Virus record (IMG/VR): IMGVR_UViG_2711768032_000005
DNA from: a virus
Taxonomy: Duplodnaviria; Heunggongvirae; Uroviricota; Caudoviricetes
Length of the DNA stretch: 25,905 nucleotides
Direction: 5' to 3' (one strand)
Part shown: in pieces, positions 24,364 through 25,905 of the stretch
Layout of the letters: every line of letters starts with the position of its first letter
Numbering within the stretch: position 1 is the stretch's first letter
The notes under the pieces: generated by a model
Told to the model about the DNA's origin: nothing
Seen by the model: only the letters and a program-made list of their open reading frames with translations
Databases searched by the model: none
Position numbers and translations under genes: made by a program

Positions 24364-25905
24364 TCAGTGGTAATACTCACTGCCGCGTACGTTTTCGTGT
24401 TCCATCGTGGATAACAGATCTGGTTTTGGATCCTGAACAGGTTGTTTATCCAGACCTTTTTCCAGGATCGATTTAATACCTGACAGACGCCATACCTTTG
24501 TTTTCAGAGCTCTTGCACATGCTGCATTAAGTCTGGCTTTACTGTATTTTTTATGAAGGTTCAGGAGTCCAAGGCAGAAGCGATAGCTTTGTTCCGGATG
24601 TGGACGAGAGTTCAGTATATGAAGCACATAACTATGAGTTTCACTGCCTATGTGCCCCGCCCATTCCAGAAGACGCTCTGGCGTCCAGGTGGCATGCTGT
24701 CGATGAGCTTCAGGCATGTGCTCGTTGCGGGTACTGTAGCCATAAGTACGCTTGCGCGGGTGCACAGCAACCTCCTGCCCCTGATTGAAGAGTCTTACCA
24801 GTTCTCCGGAGATCCATGCTTCCAGTTGCTGGCCTAACAGCGAACATGGAACCGAGTAGTAATGTTTGTCGATTTCCACGTGGTAATCGGCATGAACTCT
24901 GACTTTCTTCACCAGGGTGTAACTGTAACTGGCTTCAGGAAGAGGCTTCAGTGCGGGTTTATCAAGCTGGATGAAGAGTTCTGCACGTGAATAACCCAAC
25001 TTCTGCATTATTTTGTTATTCAGTCTTTCCAGCAACTCCCGAATGCGCTGATTAAGCGATGCAAGGCTGTAGAAGATCTCATGCCTGATTCGGGCCATGA
25101 TCCAGCGTTCAACAACCTGAACGCCAACTTCAGCTTTGGCTTTATCTTTCGGTTTACGTGGCCGCGCAGGCAAAACTGCGACATTATAATGCTCAAGCAT
25201 CTGCTGGTAGGTAGGGTTAACGTCAGGATCATACTTACATGCCCTGGATGTGGCGCTTTTCAGATTGTCCGGAACAACAAGTTCAGGAACGCCACCCAAC
25301 CACTGGAAGCAGCGAACATGACTCATCACCCAGTCTTCAAGCTGCTGAGACCAGGTGGCCTCTGCCCATGTGTAACTTGATGCCCCGAGAACAGCTACGA
25401 TGACCTGAGCAGTTCTTATTTCTCCGGTCTCAGGGTCGGTAACGCCAACGGTAGGTCCACAGTAATCAACGAAAAGTTTTTCGCCAGCTTTATGTACCTG
25501 ACGCATTGATGGTGAAGTGGTTTTGAGCCATTCACGGTACATCCGGCAGTAATGGTTATAGCTGTAAAAACCGCCTGGATTACGCTCACAGTATTCTTCC
25601 CAGAGTAGCTGCAGCGTCACGCATTTATTACGCAGTTCCCGGTGTACTGTAGCCCAGTCAGGCAGAGAGTGCTTCTTCATCTTAACCTGGGTCTGAAGGA
25701 ACGCATGTTTTAGTTTTGTATCATCCCATCCTGTAGGTAAGGGCCACTGCTTTATGCCAAGTTGAGCCGCCCGATTAGCATATCTGGATACAACGGAAGG
25801 GGAGATTGCAAGACTACGACCAATTTGTCGATGGCTGAGTCCAACACCGTATTTAAGCCTAAGAATTTCTTTAAGTTTTCTCATAGAAATTGGAACTGTT
25901 GGCAT
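24364..25905 (-). CDS. istA: IS21-family transposase IstA
   Basis: 513-aa ORF; N-terminal HTH (LSHRQIGRSLAISPSVVSRY); directly upstream of istB. ATG lies at the last three bases of the window, so the true start could be further upstream. Confidence 0.8.
   Translation of the reverse strand: MPTVPISMRKLKEILRLKYGVGLSHRQIGRSLAISPSVVSRYANRAAQLGIKQWPLPTGWDDTKLKHAFLQTQVKMKKHSLPDWATVHRELRNKCVTLQLLWEEYCERNPGGFYSYNHYCRMYREWLKTTSPSMRQVHKAGEKLFVDYCGPTVGVTDPETGEIRTAQVIVAVLGASSYTWAEATWSQQLEDWVMSHVRCFQWLGGVPELVVPDNLKSATSRACKYDPDVNPTYQQMLEHYNVAVLPARPRKPKDKAKAEVGVQVVERWIMARIRHEIFYSLASLNQRIRELLERLNNKIMQKLGYSRAELFIQLDKPALKPLPEASYSYTLVKKVRVHADYHVEIDKHYYSVPCSLLGQQLEAWISGELVRLFNQGQEVAVHPRKRTYGYSTRNEHMPEAHRQHATWTPERLLEWAGHIGSETHSYVLHILNSRPHPEQSYRFCLGLLNLHKKYSKARLNAACARALKTKVWRLSGIKSILEKGLDKQPVQDPKPDLLSTMEHENVRGSEYYH

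Larger units (their letters stand above)
477..25905. mobile_element. P2-like prophage, left end (att core) through tail-fibre gene; continues beyond window
   Basis: P2 prophage gene order int-C-cox-B-A-(cargo)-cos-Q-P-O-N-M-L-X-Y-K-lysABC-R-S-V-W-J-I-H with protein lengths matching P2 as recalled from memory; att core and cos sequences present. Confidence 0.85.
23615..25905 (-). mobile_element. IS21-family insertion sequence (istA-istB), partial; left boundary approximate, right end beyond window
   Basis: Adjacent minus-strand istA-like and istB-like genes (Walker A GATGSGKT in istB). Terminal repeats could not be assigned by eye. Confidence 0.75.

Overview
This window is the left junction and about 25 kb of a P2-like (peduovirus-type) prophage from an enterobacterial host. 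Gene order and protein lengths match phage P2 almost gene for gene, judged from memory of P2 and not from any database search: host lipoprotein gene, att core, int, C repressor, cox, B, four small early ORFs, A, then an AT-rich cargo island, cos, and the late genes Q P O N M L X Y K lysA lysB lysC R S V W J I H. The main result is the ~3.1 kb cargo island between gene A and cos, at the position where P2 carries tin and old. It holds one 864-aa minus-strand gene with an N-terminal SIR2-like (sirtuin-type NADase) domain, motifs GAGAS, TTNFD (Asn146) and KLHGD (His188), and a ~560-aa helical C-terminal region. It has its own strong RBS and terminator. I interpret it as a candidate single-gene anti-phage abortive-infection system; its exact family cannot be assigned without a profile search. 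Other notable points: tail fibre gene H carries four tandem 132-bp coding repeats and a lower-GC middle segment; an IS21-family element (istA intact, istB degraded) sits immediately after H where the tail-fibre assembly gene G is expected; the 19-nt P2-type cos sequence and the 27-bp att core are both present as remembered. No tRNA, rRNA or CRISPR array was seen.
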